Shown: positions 8,922 to 18,289, numbered from the stretch's first letter. The stretch is DNA of 64,000 nucleotides from Rhabdochlamydiaceae bacterium (GCA_035478995.1 DATIJE010000004.1:6218-70217); one strand, 5' to 3'. Program-made: numbers and translations. The notes: generated by a model from the sequence alone, not told the origin.

Positions 8922-9758
8922 ATGAGAAAAATTGATAAATTCATCTTTTCCACTCTCTTCATTTTTTTAAATTCTCAACTTCTAGTCGCTCAACCATCAA
9001 ACACCCTTCCCCTTTTCTATTGGGATGCAAGGCCTCAACTCGGCTTTGCAAATTTTGGCGATGCATTATCTGAAACGCTTATTGAAAGAATGGTGGGAAG
9101 GAGCATCTCTGTTACAAATCAACCTTTTGATGGGCAAAAAAAACTGTTGGGAATGGGTTCAATTATGAACTATGCCCAAGATAACGATGTGATTTGGGGA
9201 TCAGGAGTAAATGGAAAAAGCCCCGACAAAGCTTACCGTTTCACAAACTTGGATGTAAGAGCCGTTCGAGGACCTTTGACGCGAGAGTTCCTGTTAAAAA
9301 GAGGAATCGCATGTCCAGAAATATATGGAGATCCTACTCTATTGCTTCCAATCTATTTTCCAGAATTTAAAAAAGCGGATATTCCCTCTAATGACTTTAT
9401 CATCATTCCCCATTTCTCTGACGAGAACCTTTTTACACATTTACCCAATATGGTTAGTGTAAAAGAACATTGGAGTGATGTCGTGCAAAAAATTCTAAAC
9501 AGCAAATTTGTAATCGCAAGCGCTTTATCTGGAGTTATTGTTGCTGAAGCTTTCGGAATCCCAGCTCGTTTATTGCAAATAGAAAACAAATCAAATACAG
9601 AGGATTTGTTTAAATACAAAGACTATTACTTCGGTACGGGTCGAATGGATTTTAAATATGCAACTTCGATTGAGGAAGCATTAGAAATGGGAGGAGAACC
9701 TTTGCCGAAATGCGATCTTGAAAAGCTAAAGCAAGCATTTCCATTCGAACTATTTTAA
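8922..9758 (+). CDS. Polysaccharide pyruvyl transferase family protein, with signal peptide
   Basis: NFGDALSETLIERMVG is the typical N-terminal NxGD motif. It is followed by GMGSI ... WGSGV ... RGPLTR blocks. Confidence 0.55.
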   Translation: MRKIDKFIFSTLFIFLNSQLLVAQPSNTLPLFYWDARPQLGFANFGDALSETLIERMVGRSISVTNQPFDGQKKLLGMGSIMNYAQDNDVIWGSGVNGKSPDKAYRFTNLDVRAVRGPLTREFLLKRGIACPEIYGDPTLLLPIYFPEFKKADIPSNDFIIIPHFSDENLFTHLPNMVSVKEHWSDVVQKILNSKFVIASALSGVIVAEAFGIPARLLQIENKSNTEDLFKYKDYYFGTGRMDFKYATSIEEALEMGGEPLPKCDLEKLKQAFPFELF

Positions 9759-9803
9759 CAATTATTTTTATGACAAACTTCCTAAAAAAGGTTTAGATAA
9801 TTT

Positions 9804-10907
9804 ATGGCCGCAGTTTCAAAAGTCGACTCCAAATGTGTTTTTTGTGCTCCTTTGCCCGGAAAACCTGATCCTAATAAACCCTGGGACCCGTCTTCGAAAG
9901 AAACTCGTCCTAGAGTGGTTCAGCCAGGTCAGAAAGGCGATGCTTCCTGGCATTATGCGCTTCAAATTCTCCGTGATGAACACAGGATTGGCAAACATCC
10001 TACCGAATCGCAAATGAAAGAAAGGGACATAGAAATAAAGATTTCCAATTATCGAAAAATAATCAAAAAGATCTATGAAACATTCCAAGTCCGAATCGAA
10101 TTTGCTCAGGAAGTTTTTGGAAATTCAGGAAGTTGTACGAAAAAAAAGGCGCGGGAATTTTCAATCGTCCTTGCAAATGCGCCAGAGTTGGATCAAAAGT
10201 TTAAAGATATATGTTGCGCTACCCTCAAAGCATTCTGCGAGCAAGAAAAGTATGATGATTTTTCTACCTATGCCAATGAAGAATTTTATCAAGCTTTGAT
10301 GCCTGTTCATGAACAGCTATTTAAGGAATTTAATGTGTCCTCTGAAGAAGTGCAAAAGGGGATTCCAAAAGGACTCAACAAAACTTGGGAAGAATTGAGT
10401 GTGACTGAAAAGGAAACGCAAGCGCAATCGGTAGCTTTTGCAGTTTCTTATAAAGCCTACAATTGTAAACGCTCTCCATGGCATCCCAAGCAGCCAATCG
10501 AGGCCTTGGAAAAGCAATTGGAACTACATGGCAGGCATCTTGTGTTAGGAAAGTTCGGCCAATTATATTATGAAGCTGAAGATCCTCCTTCTGAACTTGG
10601 AAAGATCAAAGGAAGGCCCGTTTTCGGATGGAAACCGAATGCTAAACGAAACAACCGTCCCAATTTCCATGCGGTTGTAATTGTGGACGTTAAAATTAAA
10701 GATGAGAAAAGTCATATCTATTTCCTCGATCCTCTTGATTCTTCCGATCCGAAACAAATCTCCACACAAAAAATCTATGCGATGTCTCTCGATCGATTGA
10801 GATCGTCTATAATCAGTTTGACTGGAATACAAGCTAGAACATCAGACGGAAAAATTGTTTTTGAGTCCGAAGAACAAGGGCCGAATAATTATGCACTTTA
10901 TATATGA
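9804..10907 (+). CDS. Hypothetical protein, possible papain-fold remnant
   Basis: QKGDASWHYALQIL and NFHAVVIVDV...IYFLDPLD resemble the Q..C.. and HAV..V...DP blocks of C39/papain-like peptidases. The nucleophile position is Ala/Ser. The stop overlaps the GT2 start (ATGA). Confidence 0.3.
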   Translation: MAAVSKVDSKCVFCAPLPGKPDPNKPWDPSSKETRPRVVQPGQKGDASWHYALQILRDEHRIGKHPTESQMKERDIEIKISNYRKIIKKIYETFQVRIEFAQEVFGNSGSCTKKKAREFSIVLANAPELDQKFKDICCATLKAFCEQEKYDDFSTYANEEFYQALMPVHEQLFKEFNVSSEEVQKGIPKGLNKTWEELSVTEKETQAQSVAFAVSYKAYNCKRSPWHPKQPIEALEKQLELHGRHLVLGKFGQLYYEAEDPPSELGKIKGRPVFGWKPNAKRNNRPNFHAVVIVDVKIKDEKSHIYFLDPLDSSDPKQISTQKIYAMSLDRLRSSIISLTGIQARTSDGKIVFESEEQGPNNYALYI

Positions 10908-11800
10908 AAGATCTCAGCATCATCACCGTCACTTTTCAGTCCAAAGAATATATCGATGCTTGCATCCTCTCTGTTGTGACGCATACATTGGATTGTGAAT
11001 ATGAGCATATCATCGTGGACAATGGATCGACTGACGGTACCATCGATCTGATCGAAAACGGCTATGCATCTTATGTCCGTCTGATAAAAAATGGACAGAA
11101 CATCGGCTTTGCAGCAGCGAATGATTTGGGTGTCAAAGAAGCCAAAGGGCGCTATCTTCTCTTTTTGAATCCCGACATGCTGCTTTATGATGGATATCTA
11201 GACACTTTGATCTCATGGATGGACACAAGAACAGATGTTGGCCTTGCGAGCTGCAAGCTCTTGGATTCTTCAAACACGCCTCATGAAGCGTTGAGGCCCT
11301 GCACATTTCCAACCCTCCTCCCCTATTTGCCCGCTTTTTTGAAATTCGCACCCTTTTTTTGTTCTATTCATCCAAAGTTTTTTTACTCATCTTTTAATGA
11401 TGAACTCGAACAGGAAGTGGAAGTAGTACGCGGCGCCTTTATGGTGATGAGGAGAGAGATCATTCAAAAGCTGGGATTTGCTTTCGATCCGCGCTATTTC
11501 ATTTTATTCGAAGATATCGACACCTGCAGGGAAGTCAAACGGTTAGGATATAAAACAGTCTATTTCCCTCATATCAGCTGCATCGATTACTTTGGACGTA
11601 GTTTTCTCAAGCAGACAAAAGCCTGGAAATATCTTCGGATGGCCGAAAGTTTTAAAACCTATGTGCGTAAATGGCATTCCCCTCTTCATCTTTTTTGGGT
11701 GAATCTCGTTATTCCATTAGGCTTTTTATTCCGCATACCAGAATGGGGGCTTAAAGATTCATGGGCTGCGCTAACGAAAAGGAATGGATTTTTTAGCTAG
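10904..11800 (+). CDS. Glycosyltransferase family 2
   Basis: LSIITVTFQS ... IIVDNGSTDGT ... NIGFAAANDLG ... LLFLNPD are canonical GT2 (GT-A) motifs. Confidence 0.85.
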   Translation: MKDLSIITVTFQSKEYIDACILSVVTHTLDCEYEHIIVDNGSTDGTIDLIENGYASYVRLIKNGQNIGFAAANDLGVKEAKGRYLLFLNPDMLLYDGYLDTLISWMDTRTDVGLASCKLLDSSNTPHEALRPCTFPTLLPYLPAFLKFAPFFCSIHPKFFYSSFNDELEQEVEVVRGAFMVMRREIIQKLGFAFDPRYFILFEDIDTCREVKRLGYKTVYFPHISCIDYFGRSFLKQTKAWKYLRMAESFKTYVRKWHSPLHLFWVNLVIPLGFLFRIPEWGLKDSWAALTKRNGFFS

Positions 11801-11820
11801 GTTTTGAGACCCTATTTCCC

Positions 11821-12378
11821 ATGAATATTCGTTATTTTCTTTTTATCGGTGCGTGTCTAATGAGTACTCTCTGTGCTTCTGAACGATCTACTCCCTTTTT
11901 TCAAGCTAGTAAGCAGCAACCCTATCATCTATCGATCGGAGCTGTTCTTTTTAACGAAAAAGGTCAAGTCGCCTGCCATCACTTTAAGGAAGTTCTGGGT
12001 CAAAAAGACATTTACATATTAATGCGTGAAAGCATGGAAAATGATGAGACGATCTTAATAACATTGGAACGGGGCCTTAAAGAAGAGTTCGGAGCCACTG
12101 CGAAACCAGTAGCCTTCTTGGGATGCCTGTCAGGGTTTCTCCCCGATTCCAAACTCTCTTTTGATAAAACTACCCTCTATGTCGCATGTCAATTGATCGG
12201 CTGGAATCCGGCCGAACGGGATCCAAATGATCCAGAAGCAACGAGTATCATTGAATGGCTAGATCCAAATGAACTGATCTCGATCATGCAAAAACAGGGA
12301 AACAAGTTCAAACGTGTAGATGCCGACGAATCGGAAATGATCAAAAGAGCATTGCCTTTTTTCAATATCCTCAAATAA
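11821..12378 (+). CDS. NUDIX-like hydrolase with signal peptide
   Basis: It has a degenerate Nudix box, ENDETILITLERGLKEEFGA (Ex7RxxxEExG). Signal peptide is MNIRYFLFIGACLMSTLCAS. Confidence 0.45.
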   Translation: MNIRYFLFIGACLMSTLCASERSTPFFQASKQQPYHLSIGAVLFNEKGQVACHHFKEVLGQKDIYILMRESMENDETILITLERGLKEEFGATAKPVAFLGCLSGFLPDSKLSFDKTTLYVACQLIGWNPAERDPNDPEATSIIEWLDPNELISIMQKQGNKFKRVDADESEMIKRALPFFNILK

Positions 12379-12462
12379 ATTCTTGACAATCCTTCTTTAG
12401 AATTCCTAGGATACAAAATGAGCCTCGTGTTTCAAAAATCTCAAATAAGAAGGAGTTCCTAC

Positions 12463-13266
12463 ATGAAAAAAGAAATCGCTTCTTTATTCGTTCTTTTGCT
12501 GACATCTGTTTCAGGATGGTCGATGGATGAATCACAAATGACTGAGATCAAATGTTCCGTAAAACCCATTGACAGATCGAAAATCCATCCAAAGGAAGCT
12601 TTCGGCCAAGCCGTTAGCTCTAACTGGAGCGGGTACGTCTCATCCTCAAATTTTCAACAACCTGTTCCAGGTTCTGTAAGCTACGCTGCCGGAGATTGGA
12701 TTGTACCAACTCTTTCTTCGACACCGGATGATAGCTATTGTGCAATCTGGGTAGGGATCGATGGTTATTCCGATGGAACTGTTGAACAGTTAGGCACATC
12801 TCATAACTGGATATCAGGCGCTCAGCAAAATTATGCCTGGTTCGAGATGTATCCGAATGGATCGTTCGAAATCAACGGTTTTCCCTGCGATAACGGAGAT
12901 GAAATCAGCGTTCGAATCGGCTATAAAGGAAATGATTATTTCAAGATGGTCATGTTCAATCACACAAAAGGGGTCTTTACAACCATTCCTGCTTCTTATA
13001 CTACATCCTCCGGTACTGTGAGAAATTCTGCTGAATGGGTTGTGGAAGCTCCATTTTCCGGTTCGATCCTCCCATTGTCCGATTTCCGGGTAGCTACTTT
13101 AAACTATTGTTCGGCAATCATCAATGGCGTCCAAGGCTCGATCAGTGATCCGCAATGGATGAATGATTCGATTAATATGGAAAATACCGATGGTACAGTA
13201 AAAGCCGTAACATCGGACCTGTCAAAAAATGGAAATTCTTTTTTTGTCTCATGGGAACATGAATAA
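12463..13266 (+). CDS. Peptidase family G1 (eqolisin / glutamic peptidase), secreted
   Basis: SNWSGYV, AIWVGIDG, VEQLGT (catalytic Gln), AWFEMYP, GDEISV and AEWVVEAP (catalytic Glu) are collinear with scytalidoglutamic peptidase blocks. I chose the ATG at 12463, which is preceded by AAGGAG at -7. The signal peptide starts MKKEIASLFVLLL. Confidence 0.75.
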   Translation: MKKEIASLFVLLLTSVSGWSMDESQMTEIKCSVKPIDRSKIHPKEAFGQAVSSNWSGYVSSSNFQQPVPGSVSYAAGDWIVPTLSSTPDDSYCAIWVGIDGYSDGTVEQLGTSHNWISGAQQNYAWFEMYPNGSFEINGFPCDNGDEISVRIGYKGNDYFKMVMFNHTKGVFTTIPASYTTSSGTVRNSAEWVVEAPFSGSILPLSDFRVATLNYCSAIINGVQGSISDPQWMNDSINMENTDGTVKAVTSDLSKNGNSFFVSWEHE

Positions 13267-13293
13267 TTAGTGTTTTAGAGACTGTTAACTCCG

Positions 13294-13881
13294 TTAACAG
13301 TCTCTTAGAAACTGATACATCCGGATGCAAGCCGTCGTGAGGACAAGAAAACTGAAGAGGTAAGCTAGAGGAAGAAAAGCAAAAGGAAACAGGATCATCG
13401 CTGTGAAAAAAATGAAGGCCTCGGCTCTTTCGATAAGACCAGGGCTATAGTAAAAGCTCTTTTCAGTACGATTTTCGGTGAAGACCCCGACCACTAAAAA
13501 GGAAGTGACACAGATTAGAATGCTTCCGAGCATCAATAAGGCAGGCAATCCCCGGGTGTCGAGATCGACAAACGCAAGGCCCAACACGATCGCACATTCG
13601 ACCATGCGATCGGATACGATATCCATCGCAGCTCCTTTTGGAGAAGAAAGATGACGCAGCCTAGCCGCTGAACCATCCAGAGTGTCCAGAAATCCTGAAA
13701 ACAGCATAAAGGACAATGCAACCCACGAATACCCAAATGCAAGCAGAGGGAATACGCTCACTCCTGTAAAAAAAGCGCCGAGAGTAAAAATAGTGGGATG
13801 GACCCTCTGAACACTTTTGATGGCGAGAAATGGATCGATGCAGATCTTTTGATATGTCTTACGAAGACTTGTTTCGATCAT
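13294..13881 (-). CDS. CDP-alcohol phosphatidyltransferase family protein
   Basis: DTLDGSAARLRHLSSPKGAAMDIVSDR matches DGx2ARx8Gx3Dx3D. Multi-TM protein. Confidence 0.8.
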   Translation of the reverse strand: MIETSLRKTYQKICIDPFLAIKSVQRVHPTIFTLGAFFTGVSVFPLLAFGYSWVALSFMLFSGFLDTLDGSAARLRHLSSPKGAAMDIVSDRMVECAIVLGLAFVDLDTRGLPALLMLGSILICVTSFLVVGVFTENRTEKSFYYSPGLIERAEAFIFFTAMILFPFAFLPLAYLFSFLVLTTACIRMYQFLRDC

Positions 13882-14629
13882 GTCTTTTCCTAAATCTTTT
13901 CCATATGATCGGCACTAACGATATAACTGCTAGCAGGCCCAAAGCGATTTTTACTTGCAAGTTGAAAATGGTGTTTATAGAAAACTCTTGCTGGGATTCA
14001 AAGATTTTTTCCAGGCCACCTCCGGCTAATGTGAAGACGATGGTTCCTGGGGTGATCCCCACTAAGGTCGTCCAAACAAACGTGATCAGAGAAACACCCA
14101 GGATCGCTGGAGCGATATTCACCAGCCAGAATGGAAAAACAGGAACAAACCGAAGAAAGAGCATGTAGCTCACAGCATTTTCCTGAAACCCTTTCTCCAT
14201 CTTTTTTAAAAATGGGCCTGCTTTCTTTCTTAGAAAATCACCCAGTGCAGTGCGAGCCGCAAGAAAAATAAGCGTCGCTCCGCATGTCGCAGCGAAGATG
14301 ACGTAAATGGAGCTTTGAGGCTGTGGGAAGAGATATCCCCCTAACAGAGTGAGAAAGACCGCTCCTGGGATGGACATGGCAGTGATGGCGATGTAGACGA
14401 GAATAAAAATGATCGGAACACTCACAGGATGCTGTGAAACATACGTTTTTATAATCTGATGATAGGACTTCAGAGAATCAAAAGAAAAATAATGATAAGC
14501 CCCGGTAAAGAATACAGCGGCCATCCCTGCTACAATGAGGATCAGTGGTAAAAATCGCTTCAGATACTTTAGAAATGTGTTCACTGTTTTTTCCTCCGGA
14601 AAACTTGCAAGATCGTTTGTGTAAGCCAT
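13859..14629 (-). CDS. TVP38/TMEM64 (DedA/SNARE-associated) family membrane protein
   Basis: Polytopic membrane protein with GGYLF ... RFVPVFPFWLVN motifs typical of YdjX/TVP38. Confidence 0.7.
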   Translation of the reverse strand: MAYTNDLASFPEEKTVNTFLKYLKRFLPLILIVAGMAAVFFTGAYHYFSFDSLKSYHQIIKTYVSQHPVSVPIIFILVYIAITAMSIPGAVFLTLLGGYLFPQPQSSIYVIFAATCGATLIFLAARTALGDFLRKKAGPFLKKMEKGFQENAVSYMLFLRFVPVFPFWLVNIAPAILGVSLITFVWTTLVGITPGTIVFTLAGGGLEKIFESQQEFSINTIFNLQVKIALGLLAVISLVPIIWKRFRKRHDRNKSS

Positions 14630-15972
14630 AAATCGGCGGCTTTTCTGATTGCCTGATTAAATGTTGGGTAAGGATGGATCAAGCCGGAGAGTTTGCGCAA
14701 AGGAATGTTTGCTTTCATAGCGAGGGTCAATTCACCGAGCATTTCTCCGGCGCGCGGGGCGACAATTGTACAGCCGAGTATCCGGCTGCTCCACTTTTTG
14801 GTGACCACCCTTACAAATCCCTCTGTCCGTCCCGCTGTGATTGCGCGATCGACGGATGTAAAAGGAACATGATACGTTGCGATATTGTACATTTTAGATG
14901 CTTGCTCCTCCGTCAATCCTGCACTTGCGACTTCGGGGTCAGTAAAGGTCACACGGGGAATTGCCTGATTCCGGTCGAGCTTTTTCTTAAAAGGTAAAAG
15001 AAGAGAAGTGAGCACAGTACGGGCCTGGTTCTCAGCCCAATGAGTAAAAAAAGGACTTCCTGTGACATCACCGACCGCCCAGATATGGGGTTGATTCGTA
15101 CGTCCATAAGCATCGACAGGGATCCCCTTTTCGGAGTATTGGACTTGCGCAGCCTCTAGATTCAACGAAGAAACATTAGGCCTCCTACCGACAGATACAA
15201 GCAAAGAGTGCACTTGTATTTTCTGTCCTGAATCGAGAGAGATGTGAAATTGCCCATTTTGATATTGGACCTCTTGAGTACGCGCATTCAAATGCAACAA
15301 AATGCCTTCTTTTTCAAACTGTTTAGCAATCACTGTCTGAGCCATGCTCTCTTCTTTATTCAAGAGCTGCTGATGGGAATGGACCAATGTAACTGTAGAA
15401 CCCAGTCTATGAAAAGCCTGTGCAAGTTCACAGCCGATCGGACCCCCTCCAAGCACCGCCAGAGAGGCAGGGACCTCTTCTAGATCGAAGATCGTCTCAT
15501 TGGTCAAATAAGGAGTGCCGTCCAATCCTTTGACGGGAGGAATAAATGGTGAAGACCCGGTGGCGATCACAATCCGTTTTGCAAATACCTCTTCACCGTT
15601 CACTACTAAAACATGAGGATCTTTAAAAGCCGCAGTTCCTGTGATCGTATCCACTCCCATCTTGGCAAGAGCTTTAGGATCTTCATGAGAACGGATCTCT
15701 TCGACGATCCTGCGCACTCGCGCAAGCGCATCCCGGGCTTGCAGATTTGGAGGGGCAAATTCTATTCCAAAGCTCTTGCCTTCTCGTACAGATTCTGCAG
15801 CATGGGCTGAAGCGATCAGGGATTTGCTCGGGATGCATCCGAAATTTGTACAATCCCCTCCATAATTCCCCTTTTCGATAAGGAGCACTTTTTTGCCCGC
15901 TTTGGCAGATCCGATCGCAACTACTAATCCGGCTGATCCTGCTCCAATAACTATCAGCGAATATTTTTTCAT
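14581..15972 (-). CDS. FAD-dependent pyridine nucleotide-disulfide oxidoreductase (dihydrolipoamide-dehydrogenase / mercuric-reductase-like)
   Basis: IVIGAGSAGL (FAD GxGxxG), GGDCTNFGCIPSK (redox CxxxxC), a second Rossmann motif LGGGPIGCE, and a C-terminal dimerisation region with HPYPT. Confidence 0.85.
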   Translation of the reverse strand: MKKYSLIVIGAGSAGLVVAIGSAKAGKKVLLIEKGNYGGDCTNFGCIPSKSLIASAHAAESVREGKSFGIEFAPPNLQARDALARVRRIVEEIRSHEDPKALAKMGVDTITGTAAFKDPHVLVVNGEEVFAKRIVIATGSSPFIPPVKGLDGTPYLTNETIFDLEEVPASLAVLGGGPIGCELAQAFHRLGSTVTLVHSHQQLLNKEESMAQTVIAKQFEKEGILLHLNARTQEVQYQNGQFHISLDSGQKIQVHSLLVSVGRRPNVSSLNLEAAQVQYSEKGIPVDAYGRTNQPHIWAVGDVTGSPFFTHWAENQARTVLTSLLLPFKKKLDRNQAIPRVTFTDPEVASAGLTEEQASKMYNIATYHVPFTSVDRAITAGRTEGFVRVVTKKWSSRILGCTIVAPRAGEMLGELTLAMKANIPLRKLSGLIHPYPTFNQAIRKAADLWLTQTILQVFRRKKQ

Positions 15973-16487
15973 CGTGCTATAAAATTAAAAGCTGCGGAGT
16001 CTACACAATACCGATTTCCTGTAGGAGGAGGACCATCTTTGAATATATCTCCAAGATGCCCTTCACAACGGCTGCACACCACTTCTTTTCCGGAAGCAAA
16101 CGGATTGAACGATCTTTTTATTGTGACATTCTCCTCACATATGGGAGCCCAAAAACTAGGCCAGCCTGAACCGGAATCGTATTTTTGATCTGAACTAAAA
16201 AGAGGAAGAGCGCAACCCGCACATTCATAAATTCCCTCTTGTTTATTGTCAAAATACGGATTTTTGAATGCAGGTTCTGTTCCACCCTTTCTTAAAATCC
16301 TGAATTGCTCTGGAGTAAGGCGCCCCTTCCATTCCTTTTCCGACAAAATGAGTTTTTTCCCATCAAATCGATACTCCGGCCTGCAGGAGCTATATTCTTG
16401 ATAGCTTTGATCTGTTTGACAAATACCTGCGATCGGAATATTAAGTAAAAAAAGCAAACTGACGATATAACTGATTGACTTTGTCAT
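15969..16487 (-). CDS. msrB: Peptide-methionine (R)-S-oxide reductase MsrB with signal peptide
   Basis: GIYECAGCALPLFSS..KYDSGSGWPSFW ... CSRCEGHLGDIFKDGP..TGNRYCV. N-terminus is MTKSISYIVSLLFLLNIPIAG. The stop overlaps the next start (ATGA). Confidence 0.9.
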   Translation of the reverse strand: MTKSISYIVSLLFLLNIPIAGICQTDQSYQEYSSCRPEYRFDGKKLILSEKEWKGRLTPEQFRILRKGGTEPAFKNPYFDNKQEGIYECAGCALPLFSSDQKYDSGSGWPSFWAPICEENVTIKRSFNPFASGKEVVCSRCEGHLGDIFKDGPPPTGNRYCVDSAAFNFIAR

Positions 16488-16509
16488 ATTTGAATCCCAA
16501 GGTGTAATT

Positions 16510-17103
16510 ATGCTTAAACTTCTAATGTTTCTTTTTTGCTGTTTATTTAATACTTTAAAAGCTGAAGAACCAATAAATAATCAAGGAAAATATGATATCG
16601 CCACTTTTGCAGGCGGTTGCTTTTGGTGTGTGCAGCATGATTTCGATCAGCTTAAAGGAGTCGTCTCTACGACTGCAGGGTATACCGGAGGCACGAAAGT
16701 CAATCCTACTTATGAAGAAGTATCCTCAGGCGGCACTGGTCATGTAGAGTCCGTTCAAATCGTCTATGATCCCGACCAAGTGAGTTATCAAGAACTATTG
16801 AATTTTTACTTTCATAATGTCGATCCGACAAGAGATGATGGACAGTTCTGCGATACAGGAGCGCAATACCGTCCGGTTATTTTTTACCATGATGAAAGTC
16901 AAAAAGAAATGGCCGAACGATACAAACAGAATTTGATCGATTCCAAAAAATTTAAGCGCATCATGGTGCAAATCCTCCCCGCCCAAACCTTTTATCCCGC
17001 TGAAGACTATCACCAGGAATATTACAAAAAAAATCCGATCCGATATAAATTTTACAGATATAATTGCGGCCGTGACAAACGCCTCAAAAACCTTTGGGGT
17101 TGA
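16510..17103 (+). CDS. msrA: Peptide-methionine (S)-S-oxide reductase MsrA with signal peptide
   Basis: ATFAGGCFWCVQHDFDQLKGVVSTTAGYTGG, GHVESVQIVYDP and DYHQEYY. N-terminus is MLKLLMFLFCCLFNTLKA. Confidence 0.9.
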   Translation: MLKLLMFLFCCLFNTLKAEEPINNQGKYDIATFAGGCFWCVQHDFDQLKGVVSTTAGYTGGTKVNPTYEEVSSGGTGHVESVQIVYDPDQVSYQELLNFYFHNVDPTRDDGQFCDTGAQYRPVIFYHDESQKEMAERYKQNLIDSKKFKRIMVQILPAQTFYPAEDYHQEYYKKNPIRYKFYRYNCGRDKRLKNLWG

Positions 17104-17109
17104 GCCAGG

Positions 17110-17562
17110 TTATTTTTTCATCAAGTAATAGTCCATAGAAGGACATTTGGGCATCGTACTATTAGGGTTGGTGACATAAGCTCCACCCAACTGATGATAG
17201 AACTTCTGTTGAAATAGCTGATTGGTTCTATAAAGAATGTTAAAACTCTGTTCTGTAAGATTTTTGCTCTCTTCTTTCAATATTTTGTTGCTCGCCTTAA
17301 AAGCAATAGAAGGATGACTGATATACTCCTTTTCGGCGCATCTCCATTCATCCCTTTCTATTTGATTCTCCATCTTTGCCAGAAGGTAATAAAGACCAAA
17401 AAAATAATTCTTGATCTTTTCCGGCAATTGATCCATGTGCTTGATGATCTCGTCGTCGATCTGTTTGATAAAAGATGTGGGTGCAAGAGCGCTGACACTC
17501 ATGATTCTATCTAAGGTTGAGAATAATAGCATTATTGAATCACAATGATAAAAAATGTGCAA
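17110..17562 (-). CDS. Hypothetical protein
   Basis: 150-aa ORF that fills the gap between msrA and the MBL gene. I recognised no motif. Confidence 0.35.
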   Translation of the reverse strand: MHIFYHCDSIMLLFSTLDRIMSVSALAPTSFIKQIDDEIIKHMDQLPEKIKNYFFGLYYLLAKMENQIERDEWRCAEKEYISHPSIAFKASNKILKEESKNLTEQSFNILYRTNQLFQQKFYHQLGGAYVTNPNSTMPKCPSMDYYLMKK

Positions 17563-17575
17563 TGCAGCGATTTTT

Positions 17576-18289
17576 ATGAAAATAAAAATTTTGGGAACCA
17601 GAGGCGAAATTGAAGAATCCCTGCCTTATCACTCCAAACACAGCGGGATCTTGATCGATGATAAACTGATGTTGGACCTGGGCGAGAAGGAATTCTTAAA
17701 ATATAGACCAAAGTGGATCCTTCTCACTCACCTCCATCCCGATCACGCCTATTTCGTGCGTAGAAAGGCCGAAGAAATCCCTCCTGATCACATCCCGATC
17801 TATGCTCCAGAAACTTCCAAAAAAATCCCTAACATGCACATTCTTCAAAAACAGATCAACCTATCCAGTTACTCTATCACCCCCATCCCCACCCATCATA
17901 GCAAACTGGTAAAATCCCAAGCCTATTTGATAAAGAAAGGGAAGCAATCCGTTCTCTATACAGGAGATCTTGTCTGGATCAACAAAGAATACCACGATCT
18001 CTTCGATCAGGTGGATTTAGTCATCACAGAAGCAAGTTTTTTGCGCAAAGGCGGGATGATCAGAAGAGATAAAGAAACCCATGAAATCTTCGGACACAAT
18101 GGAATACCCAACCTGATCGACTTGTTCAAAAAGCACACAAAACACATTCTATTCATCCATTTTGGCTCCTGGTTCTACAAGGATACCAAAGCCTCCAAAA
18201 AACAATTAATCGCCCTCGGCAAGGAAAAAGGGATCCGATCCATCGTAGGCCGCGATGGCTTAAAGCTCGATCTTTCCACTTTGAAGTAG
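17576..18289 (+). CDS. MBL-fold metallo-hydrolase
   Basis: It has the THLHPDHAY (HxHxDH) motif. I chose the ATG at 17576 (MKIKILGTRGE) over 17555. Confidence 0.7.
   Translation: MKIKILGTRGEIEESLPYHSKHSGILIDDKLMLDLGEKEFLKYRPKWILLTHLHPDHAYFVRRKAEEIPPDHIPIYAPETSKKIPNMHILQKQINLSSYSITPIPTHHSKLVKSQAYLIKKGKQSVLYTGDLVWINKEYHDLFDQVDLVITEASFLRKGGMIRRDKETHEIFGHNGIPNLIDLFKKHTKHILFIHFGSWFYKDTKASKKQLIALGKEKGIRSIVGRDGLKLDLSTLK

Noticed and set aside
13277-13305. 13-bp perfect hairpin AGAGACTGTTAAC tcc GTTAACAGTCTCT between the G1 peptidase and the CDP-alcohol transferase, considered as a terminator
   Set aside because: There is no U-tract on either strand, and it overlaps the stop codon of the minus-strand gene. 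It may still attenuate transcription, but I cannot call it a canonical terminator.
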